A stretch of 64,000 bases of DNA from positions 1,167-65,166 of the forward strand of contig JBCNVF010000013.1 of NCBI GenBank assembly GCA_039630355.1, read 5' to 3'. The position numbers and the translations under genes are program-made. The stretch comes from Brevinematia bacterium (lineage in GTDB: Bacteria > Spirochaetota > Brevinematia > DTOW01). This document shows positions 50,013-60,450 of the stretch, in pieces. Position 1 is the stretch's first letter. The number at the start of each line of letters is the position of its first letter. Under the pieces are notes generated by a model. That model did no database searches and had not been told where the DNA came from. It saw only the letters and a list, made by a program, of their open reading frames with translations.

Positions 50013-50669
50013 ATGCCAAACGTAGTACCCACTAAGCTTAACTTGATAACCACGAAAGAATTCCTATCACTCGCAAAAGACGGAAGAAACTTACTGGACG
50101 AGAAAAAAGAAGTATTGATCACTAATATTCTCTCAGTCGTAAAAGAGGTAAAGAAACTTAGATCGGAGTTTGATGAATTAGTAAGGGAGATATACAACGA
50201 TTTCATCTACATAAAGTCCATCCTGGGAGATGAGTTTGTATACAACGAGCTTAAGTGTGCAAATGTTAGAGAGATAGAGTTTGACATACTACATAAAAAC
50301 ATAATAGGCGTCATCGTGCCAGTGGTTAAGTCTATGAACATTAGAATGGATACCCATATAAACTACTCCTCTTTCTTCTCATCCTACAGACTAGAGTCTA
50401 TAAAAAGTAAGTTTGAGACCTTGCTTAGAAAAATAGTAGAGGTTGCTGAGAAGGAAGCAGTACTATGGAATTTGATAAAAGATCTCAAGAAAACCCAAAG
50501 GAGAGTAAATGCCCTAGATAATGTCATAATACCAGAACTTTTAGAAAATATAAAGTTTATAGTAGATTCCCTTGAAGACAGGGAGAGAGAGGTTCTTTTC
50601 CAGCTTCAGAGAATGAAGGGAAGGAAGACAAAGGAATATGAAGAAGCTAAGGATACTAGCACTTGGTGA
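50013..50669 (+). CDS. V/A-type ATPase subunit D-like protein
   Basis: Coiled-coil protein with IGVIVP and the LWNLIKDLKKTQRRVNALDNVIIPEL motif (RRVNAL(D/E) is the conserved V-ATPase D core). Confidence 0.6.
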   Translation: MPNVVPTKLNLITTKEFLSLAKDGRNLLDEKKEVLITNILSVVKEVKKLRSEFDELVREIYNDFIYIKSILGDEFVYNELKCANVREIEFDILHKNIIGVIVPVVKSMNIRMDTHINYSSFFSSYRLESIKSKFETLLRKIVEVAEKEAVLWNLIKDLKKTQRRVNALDNVIIPELLENIKFIVDSLEDREREVLFQLQRMKGRKTKEYEEAKDTSTW

Positions 50670-51459
50670 TATCATCGGAACCAAAGCTGTAGAAATTTTG
50701 TCAAAATATATCCCAACCCTAAAAACTATAACCCATTCAGATGTAGTGATAGTAAATGGTGAGAATGCTAGTTTTAGCGGAGTAGGAATAATGGAAAAGG
50801 AATATAAAATGCTTTCAAGCGTAGGCGTAGATGTGATTACCACTGGTAACCATGTGTGGGATAAAAAGGAGGTCCACAATTTCATAAAAGACGCGGAAAA
50901 GCTATTGCGCCCTATAAACTGTCACCCCTCCCTCCCAGGAAAAGGAAGCACTATCATCCCCATCAATAACGATCAAAGCCTAAAACTTGGTGTAATAAAC
51001 GTAATAGGAAGCATCTTCATGGATTCACCCTTCGTTTCTCCTTTCTACGCAGTTGAGGAAGAAGTTAAAAAAATAGGACAATTCACAAACTTGATAATAG
51101 TAGACTTTCATGCAGAAGCTACCGCAGAAAAAATGCTTATGGGATGGTTCTTAGATGGAAAGGTTTCTCTACTGTTCGGCACACACACCCATGTTCAAAC
51201 TTCAGACGAAAGAATACTACCAGGTGGCACAGGATATATAACAGACATAGGAATGTGTGGTTTTTCAAAATCCGTGATCGGTAGCAAAGTTGAAGAGTCT
51301 ATGAAAAGACTAGTGATAGGAATACCTGAGAGACTAAACCCATCCACCGAAGGAAACTTTGAAATAAATGGTATAATCGCAGATATTGACACCACTACAG
51401 GGAAAACAATAAACATTGAGAGAATTAACCTCAAGATATCTCATGACATGAACTTGTAG
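50638..51459 (+). CDS. ymdB: YmdB-family metallophosphoesterase (2',3'-cyclic-nucleotide phosphodiesterase-like)
   Basis: Aligns along its length with B. subtilis YmdB: LALGDIIG, VIVNGENAS, ITTGNHVWDKKE, FHAEATAEK, GTHTHVQTSDERILP, YITDIGMCG. Its start lies 32 bp inside the D-like gene. Confidence 0.85.
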   Translation: MKKLRILALGDIIGTKAVEILSKYIPTLKTITHSDVVIVNGENASFSGVGIMEKEYKMLSSVGVDVITTGNHVWDKKEVHNFIKDAEKLLRPINCHPSLPGKGSTIIPINNDQSLKLGVINVIGSIFMDSPFVSPFYAVEEEVKKIGQFTNLIIVDFHAEATAEKMLMGWFLDGKVSLLFGTHTHVQTSDERILPGGTGYITDIGMCGFSKSVIGSKVEESMKRLVIGIPERLNPSTEGNFEINGIIADIDTTTGKTINIERINLKISHDMNL

Positions 51460-51467
51460 GAGAAATT

Positions 51468-52517
51468 ATGACAGACATAAACTATTATGACTTTGATCTT
51501 CCAGAAGAACTGATAGCACATACACCACTTCCAGAAAGAGATAGGTGTAGATTACTAGTCGTAGACAGACTCTCACATTCCTTTTACGAGAAAACATTTA
51601 GAGACATAGTTGATTACTTAGAACGAGGCGATGTGTTAGTTCTGAATAATTCAAAAGTAGTAAAATCCAGAATATATGCAAAATGTGAAAGAACACAGAA
51701 GGAACATGAGATGTTAATCACCAACTTTCTAAAAACTAAAGAATTCCTAGCACTCGTTAGAAAAATAAAAAGGCTTAGAGTAGGAGACATCCTAACTATC
51801 AGAAATTTTAAATTCACTTTCAAAGGTGTAGAGAACGGGTTAGGTTTATTTGAATCCGACAAGCCTTTCTCAGTAAACGATCTTGAGGAGATTGGTGAGA
51901 TCCCACTACCACCATATATAGAGAAAAAAAGAGAAAAACTCAACCTACCCAGAGTTACAGAGGCTGATAATGTCTTCTATCAGACAGTATACTCCTCCGT
52001 TGCAGGTTCCATTGCCTCACCTACCGCAGGATTGCACTTTACAGAAGAACTGCTAAAAGAGATTGAAAGAAAGGGAGTTCTTATAAGATATGTCACACTC
52101 CACATAGGGCTAGGAACATTTGAACCTATCAGAACCAAGAACATTGAGGAATTTAGATTGAAGGGAGAGTATATGGAAATTGAAAAAGAAGTCATAGATG
52201 ATATTATTGAATGCAAGAAACGAGGAAATAAGATTGTTGCGGTTGGAACAACAGTAGTAAGAGCCTTGGAGACAACTTTCCTAGATATCTCAAAAAATAG
52301 AAATGGTTTCAAAGGAATAACAGAGCTTTTCATCTATCCAGGGTTTAAGTTTAACGTTGTGGATAACTTGATAACCAACTTCCATCTTCCGAAATCTTCC
52401 CTAATCCTTCTAGTCTCTGCCTTTGCTGGAAAAGATCTGATAATGAAAGCTTACAGTTATGCAATAGAGAAGAAATTCAGATTTTACAGTTATGGTGACG
52501 CTATGCTAATTGTTTAG
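51468..52517 (+). CDS. queA: S-adenosylmethionine:tRNA ribosyltransferase-isomerase
   Basis: YDFDLPEELIA.TP...R, and the C-terminal FRFYSYGDAMLI typical of QueA. Confidence 0.9.
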   Translation: MTDINYYDFDLPEELIAHTPLPERDRCRLLVVDRLSHSFYEKTFRDIVDYLERGDVLVLNNSKVVKSRIYAKCERTQKEHEMLITNFLKTKEFLALVRKIKRLRVGDILTIRNFKFTFKGVENGLGLFESDKPFSVNDLEEIGEIPLPPYIEKKREKLNLPRVTEADNVFYQTVYSSVAGSIASPTAGLHFTEELLKEIERKGVLIRYVTLHIGLGTFEPIRTKNIEEFRLKGEYMEIEKEVIDDIIECKKRGNKIVAVGTTVVRALETTFLDISKNRNGFKGITELFIYPGFKFNVVDNLITNFHLPKSSLILLVSAFAGKDLIMKAYSYAIEKKFRFYSYGDAMLIV

Positions 52518-53895
52518 AGTTTCTTATATACTCCTTGATCTTTTCAGAAACTTCCATAACCTGTTCAACAGACCTCCCGATAAAATCCCTAAAGGAATCT
52601 ATCTTCTCAACACTCTCCCTCAGAACCTGAGGCACATCTTTCTCAAGAAGCTCATCAAGTAAGCTTATATTTTCTCCTTCTCTACCTTTCTCCACAACCT
52701 TCATAGCCTTGTCTCTTATCACCTTGTGCAAGATCTGTCTATCTCCTCCCTTTTTGACAGCCCTCATAAGTATGTTTTCAACCGCATAGAACGGCAGTTT
52801 TTCCTTCATTCTTTGAGTTATCACTGTCTCATTAACCTTCATCCCCTCAACTATCTTCTTATAGAGTATCAGAATCGCATCTACGCATAAAAAAGCCTCT
52901 GGAATAATTATTCTCCTATTCGCTGAGTCATCAAGAGTCCTTTCAAGAAACTGAGTAGCATGGTTTTGCAAAGCTACCAATGGTAATGTTGTGAGGTATC
53001 TTGCAATAGAATTTATTCTCTCACTCAGGATAGGATTTCTTTTATACGGCATCGCAGAAGATCCTACCTGCTTTTCACCAAACGGCTCTTCAATCTCTCC
53101 TATGCTTTGCAGATACCTTACATCATTAGCAAACTTTGAGGCTGACGCAGATATCATTGCTAGTTTAGACAGTACTATAAAGTCATATTTCCTTGGATAA
53201 GTCTGTCCTGTTATCCAGAAACTCTCCTTAAAGCCGAGTTTAGACGATACAATCTCGTCAAGCTTTTTTACTTTCTCGTGATTCCCCTCAAAAAGTTCAA
53301 CGTAGCTAGCCTGTGTTCCCGTAGTTCCCTTAACTCCCCTAGCCTTCATAGTTGGCAAGAATCTGTCAATCTCTTCAAGATCAAGAAACAAGTCATAAGC
53401 CCATAGTATAATTCTTCTTCCTACTGTTGTAGGTTGCGCTGGCTGTAGGTGCGTATAGGAGAGGCAAGGTAGATCCTTGTATTTCTCCCCTACGTCAATA
53501 AGTCTCTCAATGACATCAACCAATCTTCTTCTCGTCAAGCTTAATGCCTTTAGGATTATATACGCCTCGGAGTTATCGGTAACTTCAGAACTCGTTGCAC
53601 CCAAGTGGATTATTCCCCTAGCCTTTTTAGCTTGTAACCCAAAAGCTTCAATATGAGCCATTACATCGTGGTTAAGTTCCTTCTCAATATCTCTTGCTAC
53701 ATCAATATTGAGATCACTCTCATACCTCTTCATCTCCTCTATCTGTTCATCTGTTATCGGTAGCCCAAGCTCCTTCTGAGCCTCCGCAAGTGCTATCCAA
53801 AACTTTCTCCAAACACTGTATTTGAACTCTTCAGAGAAAATTTCTAACATCTCCTTGGAAGCATACCTTTCAGCAAGAGGATGGACAAAAGTCAT
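52501..53895 (-). CDS. purB: Adenylosuccinate lyase
   Basis: Fumarate-lyase signature GSSAMPYKRNP. 464 aa, PurB-type N- and C-termini. 17-bp tail-to-tail overlap with queA. Confidence 0.9.
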   Translation of the reverse strand: MTFVHPLAERYASKEMLEIFSEEFKYSVWRKFWIALAEAQKELGLPITDEQIEEMKRYESDLNIDVARDIEKELNHDVMAHIEAFGLQAKKARGIIHLGATSSEVTDNSEAYIILKALSLTRRRLVDVIERLIDVGEKYKDLPCLSYTHLQPAQPTTVGRRIILWAYDLFLDLEEIDRFLPTMKARGVKGTTGTQASYVELFEGNHEKVKKLDEIVSSKLGFKESFWITGQTYPRKYDFIVLSKLAMISASASKFANDVRYLQSIGEIEEPFGEKQVGSSAMPYKRNPILSERINSIARYLTTLPLVALQNHATQFLERTLDDSANRRIIIPEAFLCVDAILILYKKIVEGMKVNETVITQRMKEKLPFYAVENILMRAVKKGGDRQILHKVIRDKAMKVVEKGREGENISLLDELLEKDVPQVLRESVEKIDSFRDFIGRSVEQVMEVSEKIKEYIRNSKQLA

Positions 53896-53954
53896 AGTAG
53901 AAGTTTAACTAACACTCTTTGCTTGATTCAAGTCAAGCATTCCACTATGAATTG

Positions 53955-56801
53955 CTACTTGGAGTTCTCTCTTAAAAATTCTTCTAGCTCTTTTAGCTTT
54001 CTCGCTCCCTCTACAAAATCCCCCTTCCCAGTAAGTTTCTTATACTCCTCAATATATTGCAACGCTCTTAAGATCACAGTTTTTGAGACTCCAGACTTCT
54101 CAGACCCCCTTAAGATCACCTTTTCTATCTCAGATACATCAATCCTGGAAGCTAGGAAAAGCTTTGATATAGCTTTAGAAACTGTCTCATCCCATACTAT
54201 TTTCTCACCATCCGACACCGCAATTCTTCTAAACTCCGGTATCTTCGCCTCCTCCGCCTGAAGATATATCGGCTCATAATAGAAAAGAGAGCTCTCAATA
54301 GGTAAAACCATTAGATTACCCCTGAGAACTTGAGAACCTTGTTGGTTCCATAAAGTTATTTGAGCGGAAATTTCGGGATCTTGACTTATCCTAGCCTCTA
54401 TCTGCAGAGGACCAAACACAAGCCTGTCTTTAGGCATTCTGAAAACAACTATTTTCCCATACTCCTCAAAGTCACACTCAACAGACATCCAAGCTACAAG
54501 ATTATCCTTATCCTTAGGCGTAAACGGAGTAACAAGTATGAACTTAAGGTTCTTACTCCCAGGAAGTTTAGTAACAATGTAGTAGGGCTCCACATCAATA
54601 GTTTCACCAAATTTTATCTCCTTTGCTACATTCCAAACATCCTCCTGGTTGAAAAAAACTTCAGGATCGCGCATATGATAAACCCTGTATATGTTTCTCT
54701 GGATCCTCAAGAGTCTTTCAGGATACCTTATATGCTTCCTTAGACTTTCATCCATCTCACCCAGTTCCCTAAACTTTATCTTAAACATATTCTTGAAAAC
54801 TCTTATCACTGGCTCATTGGTATCTACCACATAAAACTCCACATTCCCGTTGTAAGCATCAACTACAACCTTAACCGAGTTTCTTATGTAGTTTACATCT
54901 TCAAAATATCTTGAGTATGGAAATTTATCAGATACTGTGTAACCATCTATAACCCAGTATAGCTTTCCTTTTGAAATGACGATATAGGGGTCACTTTCAT
55001 AGTATATAAAGGGCATTATCTTCTCAACCCTACCAAGTATATTCCTGTTTATCAAAACTCTTGTTTCCGGGGTTATATACTCCGAAAAGAGAATTTTTAT
55101 ATCCTCACCAAGATACAAAGCAATCAGAAGTTTTTTCCAAAAAGTGTCAATTTTTATTCCTGCACTACCCTTATACCTAGTGTATACATTTTCCTCTCCA
55201 CCTTCAAGCGATGAAGGATAATCAAATTCGTCTATTCCAGCATTAACAAACACATAGTGATCCGTAAGCTCTCCAAAGTAAATTCTTGGTTCTTCAACCG
55301 AAAGTTCGGGATACAGTGCTACGGGTGGTATATCCTTCACAAAAAGCTTGGGCATGCCATTCGGTAATATTTCGTTCACAGGAGTTGCCACCACCCCTAT
55401 CCCATGCGTATACCTAAAGTGAATATTTATCCAGCTCTTTGAATTCTCAGGCAAGGATTCTATATCCAGCTCTCTAGGCGAAATCATTATCTGCCTCAAA
55501 GTTCCCCCTAGAGAATATCTATCTATGTCTATGTCATTAAACTTGTAGTAAAACCTTATTGTTTGTATCTGCCTATACGCATCTCTTAAAGGTTTCCAGT
55601 CCCAGAGTCTCAGGTTCTGTATCACCTCTCCGTTTCTGAAAATCGTCTCAGAAGTCAGAGGTTTAGCATCAAAAAATACCTCGTTCACATTGTTAAGACC
55701 GTAGGCTACGAGAGTAGCCTCTATGTTGTGCTTTATGAATTCCCTCTGTTTATCAAGTTCTGACGGCTTGACTACAAATATCTCCACGATAGACGGATAA
55801 ACCACAAAGATTGACAGCGATACACCAACAACAACCCCAGAAAGGATAACTATTCTCCTCATCTGATTCCTAAACAATAAGAATACAGAAACTATTGAAA
55901 GCAGTATGACTAAAACTCCAGTGAGCCTAATCACCGGAAGAACAGCATATACCTCCTTGTAACCAGGACCACTGAAAAGTCCATTGTCAACAAACATTAT
56001 CTGGTAAGGCGTAATAAAAGTTATTCTACACCCTAATACAAATAACCACACGATTAAGACAAAAACCGAATACCTGAAAATACCTCTTGCTAGCTTATTT
56101 GGCATTCTACCAGAAAACACAGCAAACCAAAAACTCACTCCATAAAACCCCTCCTGAAACCTGAGGTAAACGTATAGGATGAACATAGTAAATACTGATA
56201 CAAGGAAAAGAAACCACAGAACATTGTTAAAAACAGTCTCTATGAAGGGCAGTGAGAACATATAGAATTCTGCTGGCATACCAAATATCGGGTCTATGTA
56301 GCCAAGAGTGCTAACCTTGCTAAAAAACTTAGCAATACTCATCCAATCAGTTGTAGCAGCTACATATCCAAAATACCCAGAAACAACTAAAAGTATAAGC
56401 CAAACCAAAATATTTGAAAACTTCTCTATAGCTTTCATTAATTCAAACTCTTTAACTTTTATCAGTCCTATTGGGAACCTTGGAAAGAAAAGCTTCATAG
56501 GAATATAAACAAAAAGCAAAAATCCCAAAAATACAGAACCAAACGTAACTAAAAATATAATAACCTTGTATTCTATTATTCCCCAGAAGATGTTGAAGTA
56601 ACCCACTTCTTGAAACCAGAGCACATCAACCAAGAACTTCACTATCTCATTCAGAAGCAGAACAAATATTGCTCCTACTACCGCAATTACTATACCTACC
56701 CATATATCCTTAAACAAAACAGTTTTCCTTCTTAGATAGCTAACAAGAGCTTGAACCCCTAAAGGCAGTAGAAATAGAAGAAAAACTATGAACTTTATCA
56801 T
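53955..56801 (-). CDS. UPF0182 family large membrane protein
   Basis: 948 aa with about 7 N-terminal TMs and a large extracytoplasmic domain, the architecture typical of UPF0182. Confidence 0.6.
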   Translation of the reverse strand: MIKFIVFLLFLLPLGVQALVSYLRRKTVLFKDIWVGIVIAVVGAIFVLLLNEIVKFLVDVLWFQEVGYFNIFWGIIEYKVIIFLVTFGSVFLGFLLFVYIPMKLFFPRFPIGLIKVKEFELMKAIEKFSNILVWLILLVVSGYFGYVAATTDWMSIAKFFSKVSTLGYIDPIFGMPAEFYMFSLPFIETVFNNVLWFLFLVSVFTMFILYVYLRFQEGFYGVSFWFAVFSGRMPNKLARGIFRYSVFVLIVWLFVLGCRITFITPYQIMFVDNGLFSGPGYKEVYAVLPVIRLTGVLVILLSIVSVFLLFRNQMRRIVILSGVVVGVSLSIFVVYPSIVEIFVVKPSELDKQREFIKHNIEATLVAYGLNNVNEVFFDAKPLTSETIFRNGEVIQNLRLWDWKPLRDAYRQIQTIRFYYKFNDIDIDRYSLGGTLRQIMISPRELDIESLPENSKSWINIHFRYTHGIGVVATPVNEILPNGMPKLFVKDIPPVALYPELSVEEPRIYFGELTDHYVFVNAGIDEFDYPSSLEGGEENVYTRYKGSAGIKIDTFWKKLLIALYLGEDIKILFSEYITPETRVLINRNILGRVEKIMPFIYYESDPYIVISKGKLYWVIDGYTVSDKFPYSRYFEDVNYIRNSVKVVVDAYNGNVEFYVVDTNEPVIRVFKNMFKIKFRELGEMDESLRKHIRYPERLLRIQRNIYRVYHMRDPEVFFNQEDVWNVAKEIKFGETIDVEPYYIVTKLPGSKNLKFILVTPFTPKDKDNLVAWMSVECDFEEYGKIVVFRMPKDRLVFGPLQIEARISQDPEISAQITLWNQQGSQVLRGNLMVLPIESSLFYYEPIYLQAEEAKIPEFRRIAVSDGEKIVWDETVSKAISKLFLASRIDVSEIEKVILRGSEKSGVSKTVILRALQYIEEYKKLTGKGDFVEGARKLKELEEFLRENSK

Positions 56802-56927
56802 CTCTTATACCCCTTATCAAAATAATATTAACAAAACCAACCTGTCCTTTTCAATATGCAACTTCAACAAAGTCCTCCACTCAGCACGTAATTGAAATTG
56901 AGATTACCTTAGATTCATTATATTTCA

Positions 56928-59336
56928 GTGAAGAAGCTGATAGAAAAGAAACACCTTTACCTAGGTTTAATTACTCTAGTATTCGTAGGACTTCTAGGCT
57001 TAAGTATAAGACAATTATTTCTGTCACTTGAATTTTCCGGCAAAAAGCTACCTCCATTTCTAGTAACAAGACAACTTGGAGTTGACGCCATAGGAATGTT
57101 TCTTAAACCGGAGAATTTCACAAAAATCCTTCCTCAGTCCTATATAAAAGAAGTTAACGGCGTGCCTGTAAAAAATGATAAGGAGTTTTACCAAGTAATA
57201 TTAAACCTACCCGAGAATGCTGAGAACGTAGATATAAAGTTTGCAAATCCTTTCTTCTTCACTGAAGAGGAATATAAAGTTAGGGTCAATCTTTACAGCA
57301 TAACCTATATTGACTTCCTAGTTTTGTTCCTAATACCTGTTCTTTTCTCTACAATCCTGTTTTCAATAGCTTATTATCTACTCGCAGTAATGTTGTTAAA
57401 ATCTTACCACTTCACTAACTACAAAAAGCAAATGTTTCTAAGTGCATCAACTCTCTTCTTCTTCATGGGAGTATTGGTAATTTCTGGATTAGACCTTGTA
57501 AATAGAAAAGAGTTTCTACCAATTCTGTATATATCTTTCGGAACGATAAATATAGCCTTGAGCATATTCTTCTACTACCTTAGCTACCATAGAATCAAAC
57601 AGTGGCTCTATGTAATTGTAGCTAATATTCTAGTATCTTCCCTGCTGTTAACAGGATACTTAACTTTCTTTAATAACGCTAAGATCCTCATATCCATTGT
57701 AAAGGTAAATTATATTGTGATTGCCCTCAATGTAATCGCTGGGATAGTCTACCTTTTCCTAGTTAGAAAATCTATAAACAACACAATAGAAAAAGAGAGA
57801 ATAAAACTAATAGTTTTTGTACTATTTATACCTATTTTTGTCCTAGGTATTGTTTTTCTAATCCAAGGCATAAGCTTTTACACCGTTCCTATATCAATCT
57901 TCTTCCTACTCTTTATTGCTGTCTCACCTATAGTTTCCATGGTTATCAACGACCACAATGTTAAGCTTTCAAAGGAAAGGATGGTCTTTTCTGTGATTAC
58001 CTCTGTTGCGATATTATTAGGTTTTGTCATGCTCTCAAGCGTTATTATTAATGTGCCCGAAGAATCACTGTTTTTGTTCGGAATATACGGAATCCCTTCA
58101 GTTTTATTTTTCTCTGTAGTTCTATGGTATGGCATTGAAAATAGAGCACAAATCAGAGCAGATCTTTTTGAGATCTCTCCAGAGATCAGAAACGAAAGCA
58201 TAAAAATGCATCTCTTCAGTAAACTCAAGAAGAGGTTTGGAAATGTGAGAGATGTAAAAATAATCCTTCAATATCCTCTCGTTTACGGTGAAGAAGAATT
58301 TGATACATATCTACCTTACAGCGAGTTTTGGGATGAAATTGAAGAGCATAAAGTAGTAACTATAAATGACATATTTTTTGATAAAACTTTATCAAAGTTT
58401 GAGAAGGTTTTTCAGAAATATAGAGTTGAATACCTTTTCGGCTTTCAGATAAGCAACAACAAGTGCATTGTAGGAATATCAACAAACAGTGCTATTAGTC
58501 GTTCTGAGCTAGAACAGATAGAAATGATAGTAAATTCATTTTCCATAGATCTACAAAGTTTTGCAGTTATAAACTCAGTAAAGTTTATGAAGGTCCTAAA
58601 CCTTGAGTTTGATCTTTTGAAGCAGTCGCAAACAAACCTTCTCAAGTCAAACAGAAGCATCTCTATTTCTACTCCTGAAGGCAAAATTAATGTTCTAAGT
58701 TACTGGGAGCCTATGATAGACTTAGCTGGTGACATATATGGCGTAACCGAATCTGGAATATATCTCACTTCTTGGATCTCTGATATATGCGGCAAAGGGC
58801 TTACAGCAGCAGCAATATCCTTTACTTGCTATACCTTGATAAACCAAATAATAAAGAACAATTTAGGCATAGGCAAGTCAGTAGAGATAATAAACGATAT
58901 ACTCGTAAATGAGCCATTATTCAGCATTGATGGCTTTTTTCTCACACTCTCGGGAATTACGATAAACACAGAGAGTTTGGAAGCCGAGATCATAAACTGC
59001 GGCAACCCACCAGTAATATTCTTTGACGGCGAAGTTGTTAAGGAGATAAATCCCAAGGGCGGAATAGTAGGTATTTTTGACGATTTTCAGTATGATTCCG
59101 TAAAGCTTAAACTTAGGAAAGGAATGATATTGTTGTTCTTTTCCGATGGAGCTACTGACATCAGAGGTATCAAAGAAGTTGAAGAAGGCGATTGGATAGA
59201 AAATCTGAAAGACACTATTGCTAATTACAGAACTCCAGAGATGATATGGGAACACCTGACAAAAAGTTTCCAAAATCTCTCATTACACAAAAACATAATA
59301 GATGATATAACAGTCTCTATGGTCTACGTTGAGTGA
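56928..59336 (+). CDS. Membrane-bound PP2C-family (SpoIIE/RsbU-like) serine phosphatase with N-terminal sensor and poly-TM region
   Basis: N-terminal TM plus an extracytoplasmic domain of about 120 aa, then about 10 TMs. The C-terminal domain carries SDICGKGLTAAAIS (DxxGKG) and FFSDGATD PP2C_SIG motifs. Confidence 0.65.
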   Translation: MKKLIEKKHLYLGLITLVFVGLLGLSIRQLFLSLEFSGKKLPPFLVTRQLGVDAIGMFLKPENFTKILPQSYIKEVNGVPVKNDKEFYQVILNLPENAENVDIKFANPFFFTEEEYKVRVNLYSITYIDFLVLFLIPVLFSTILFSIAYYLLAVMLLKSYHFTNYKKQMFLSASTLFFFMGVLVISGLDLVNRKEFLPILYISFGTINIALSIFFYYLSYHRIKQWLYVIVANILVSSLLLTGYLTFFNNAKILISIVKVNYIVIALNVIAGIVYLFLVRKSINNTIEKERIKLIVFVLFIPIFVLGIVFLIQGISFYTVPISIFFLLFIAVSPIVSMVINDHNVKLSKERMVFSVITSVAILLGFVMLSSVIINVPEESLFLFGIYGIPSVLFFSVVLWYGIENRAQIRADLFEISPEIRNESIKMHLFSKLKKRFGNVRDVKIILQYPLVYGEEEFDTYLPYSEFWDEIEEHKVVTINDIFFDKTLSKFEKVFQKYRVEYLFGFQISNNKCIVGISTNSAISRSELEQIEMIVNSFSIDLQSFAVINSVKFMKVLNLEFDLLKQSQTNLLKSNRSISISTPEGKINVLSYWEPMIDLAGDIYGVTESGIYLTSWISDICGKGLTAAAISFTCYTLINQIIKNNLGIGKSVEIINDILVNEPLFSIDGFFLTLSGITINTESLEAEIINCGNPPVIFFDGEVVKEINPKGGIVGIFDDFQYDSVKLKLRKGMILLFFSDGATDIRGIKEVEEGDWIENLKDTIANYRTPEMIWEHLTKSFQNLSLHKNIIDDITVSMVYVE

Positions 59337-59341
59337 GAAGT

Positions 59342-60433
59342 TTAGACAACTATCTCGTCCTCAGGTGATCTAGATACAATAATCTCTCCTTGCTCTTCTA
59401 ACTTTCTTATTACGTTGACTATCTTCTGCTGAGCTTCTTCAACATCCTTAAGCCTTATTGGCCCCATATACTCCATATCCTCTTTTAACATCTGTGAAGC
59501 TCTCTTACTCGTATTTCTAAATATCTTTTCTTGAACCTCGGGATCAGTATGCTTAAGAGCTTTTGCTAGATCTTGTTGATCTACATGCCTAAGGACCTTC
59601 TGTATGGACCTATCATCAAGTAACACAATGTCTTCAAAAACAAACATTCTCTTCTTCACTTCTTCCGCAAGGTCAGGATTATCTTCCTCAAGAGCTTCTA
59701 TTATGTTCTTCTCCGTAGTTCTATCAGAATTGTTCAAAATCTGGACTAATGCATCTATACCGCCAGCTTGAGTGTAATCTTCACTAGCTAATGTAGAGAG
59801 CTTCCTCTCAAGTATTCTTTCAACTTCTCTAAGGACATCTGGTGTAGTTCTATCCATCAAAGCTATTCTTTTGGCAATATCTGGCTGAACCTCCTCTGGT
59901 AAAGACGAAAGAATAGTTGCTGCTTTCTTGGGATCAAGGTATGATAGGATCAAAGCTATGACCTGTGGATGTTCTCCCTGGATGAAGTTCACAAGATGCT
60001 GTGGATCTGCTCTCCTAACAAAATCAAACGGCTTAACTTGTAGTGAAGAAGTCAATCTGTTAATAATGTCTATTGCCCTCTGCGTACCCATTGCTCTTTC
60101 TAGAACCTCTCTAGCATAATCCACACCACCAAGCGCTATAAATTCCTGTGCCATCATCAACTCTTGAAACTCCGCTAAAACTTTTTCCCTTTCTTCAGGC
60201 TCAACTTTATCGGTTCTAGCAATCTCAAATGTAAGTTCTTCTATCTCGTCCTCCTTGAGATGCTTAAATATTTCCGCAGAGATCTCAGGACCAACTGTTA
60301 TAAGAAATATTGCTGCTTTCCTTCTACCAGTAAGCACCTTCGGCTGCTTCTTATCTTTCTTTTGCTGAGCTATCACTTGCTGAATCTCAGACTTCTTATC
60401 CTTACCACTACTCTGCTTTTCACTCTCCCCCAT
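59342..60433 (-). CDS. fliG: Flagellar motor switch protein FliG
   Basis: Middle domain with the EHPQ motif (QGEHPQVIALILSYL). C-terminal torque helix region. K-rich N-terminal extension of about 30 aa. Confidence 0.9.
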   Translation of the reverse strand: MGESEKQSSGKDKKSEIQQVIAQQKKDKKQPKVLTGRRKAAIFLITVGPEISAEIFKHLKEDEIEELTFEIARTDKVEPEEREKVLAEFQELMMAQEFIALGGVDYAREVLERAMGTQRAIDIINRLTSSLQVKPFDFVRRADPQHLVNFIQGEHPQVIALILSYLDPKKAATILSSLPEEVQPDIAKRIALMDRTTPDVLREVERILERKLSTLASEDYTQAGGIDALVQILNNSDRTTEKNIIEALEEDNPDLAEEVKKRMFVFEDIVLLDDRSIQKVLRHVDQQDLAKALKHTDPEVQEKIFRNTSKRASQMLKEDMEYMGPIRLKDVEEAQQKIVNVIRKLEEQGEIIVSRSPEDEIVV

Positions 60434-60450
60434 AAACCACCTCTAATTAT

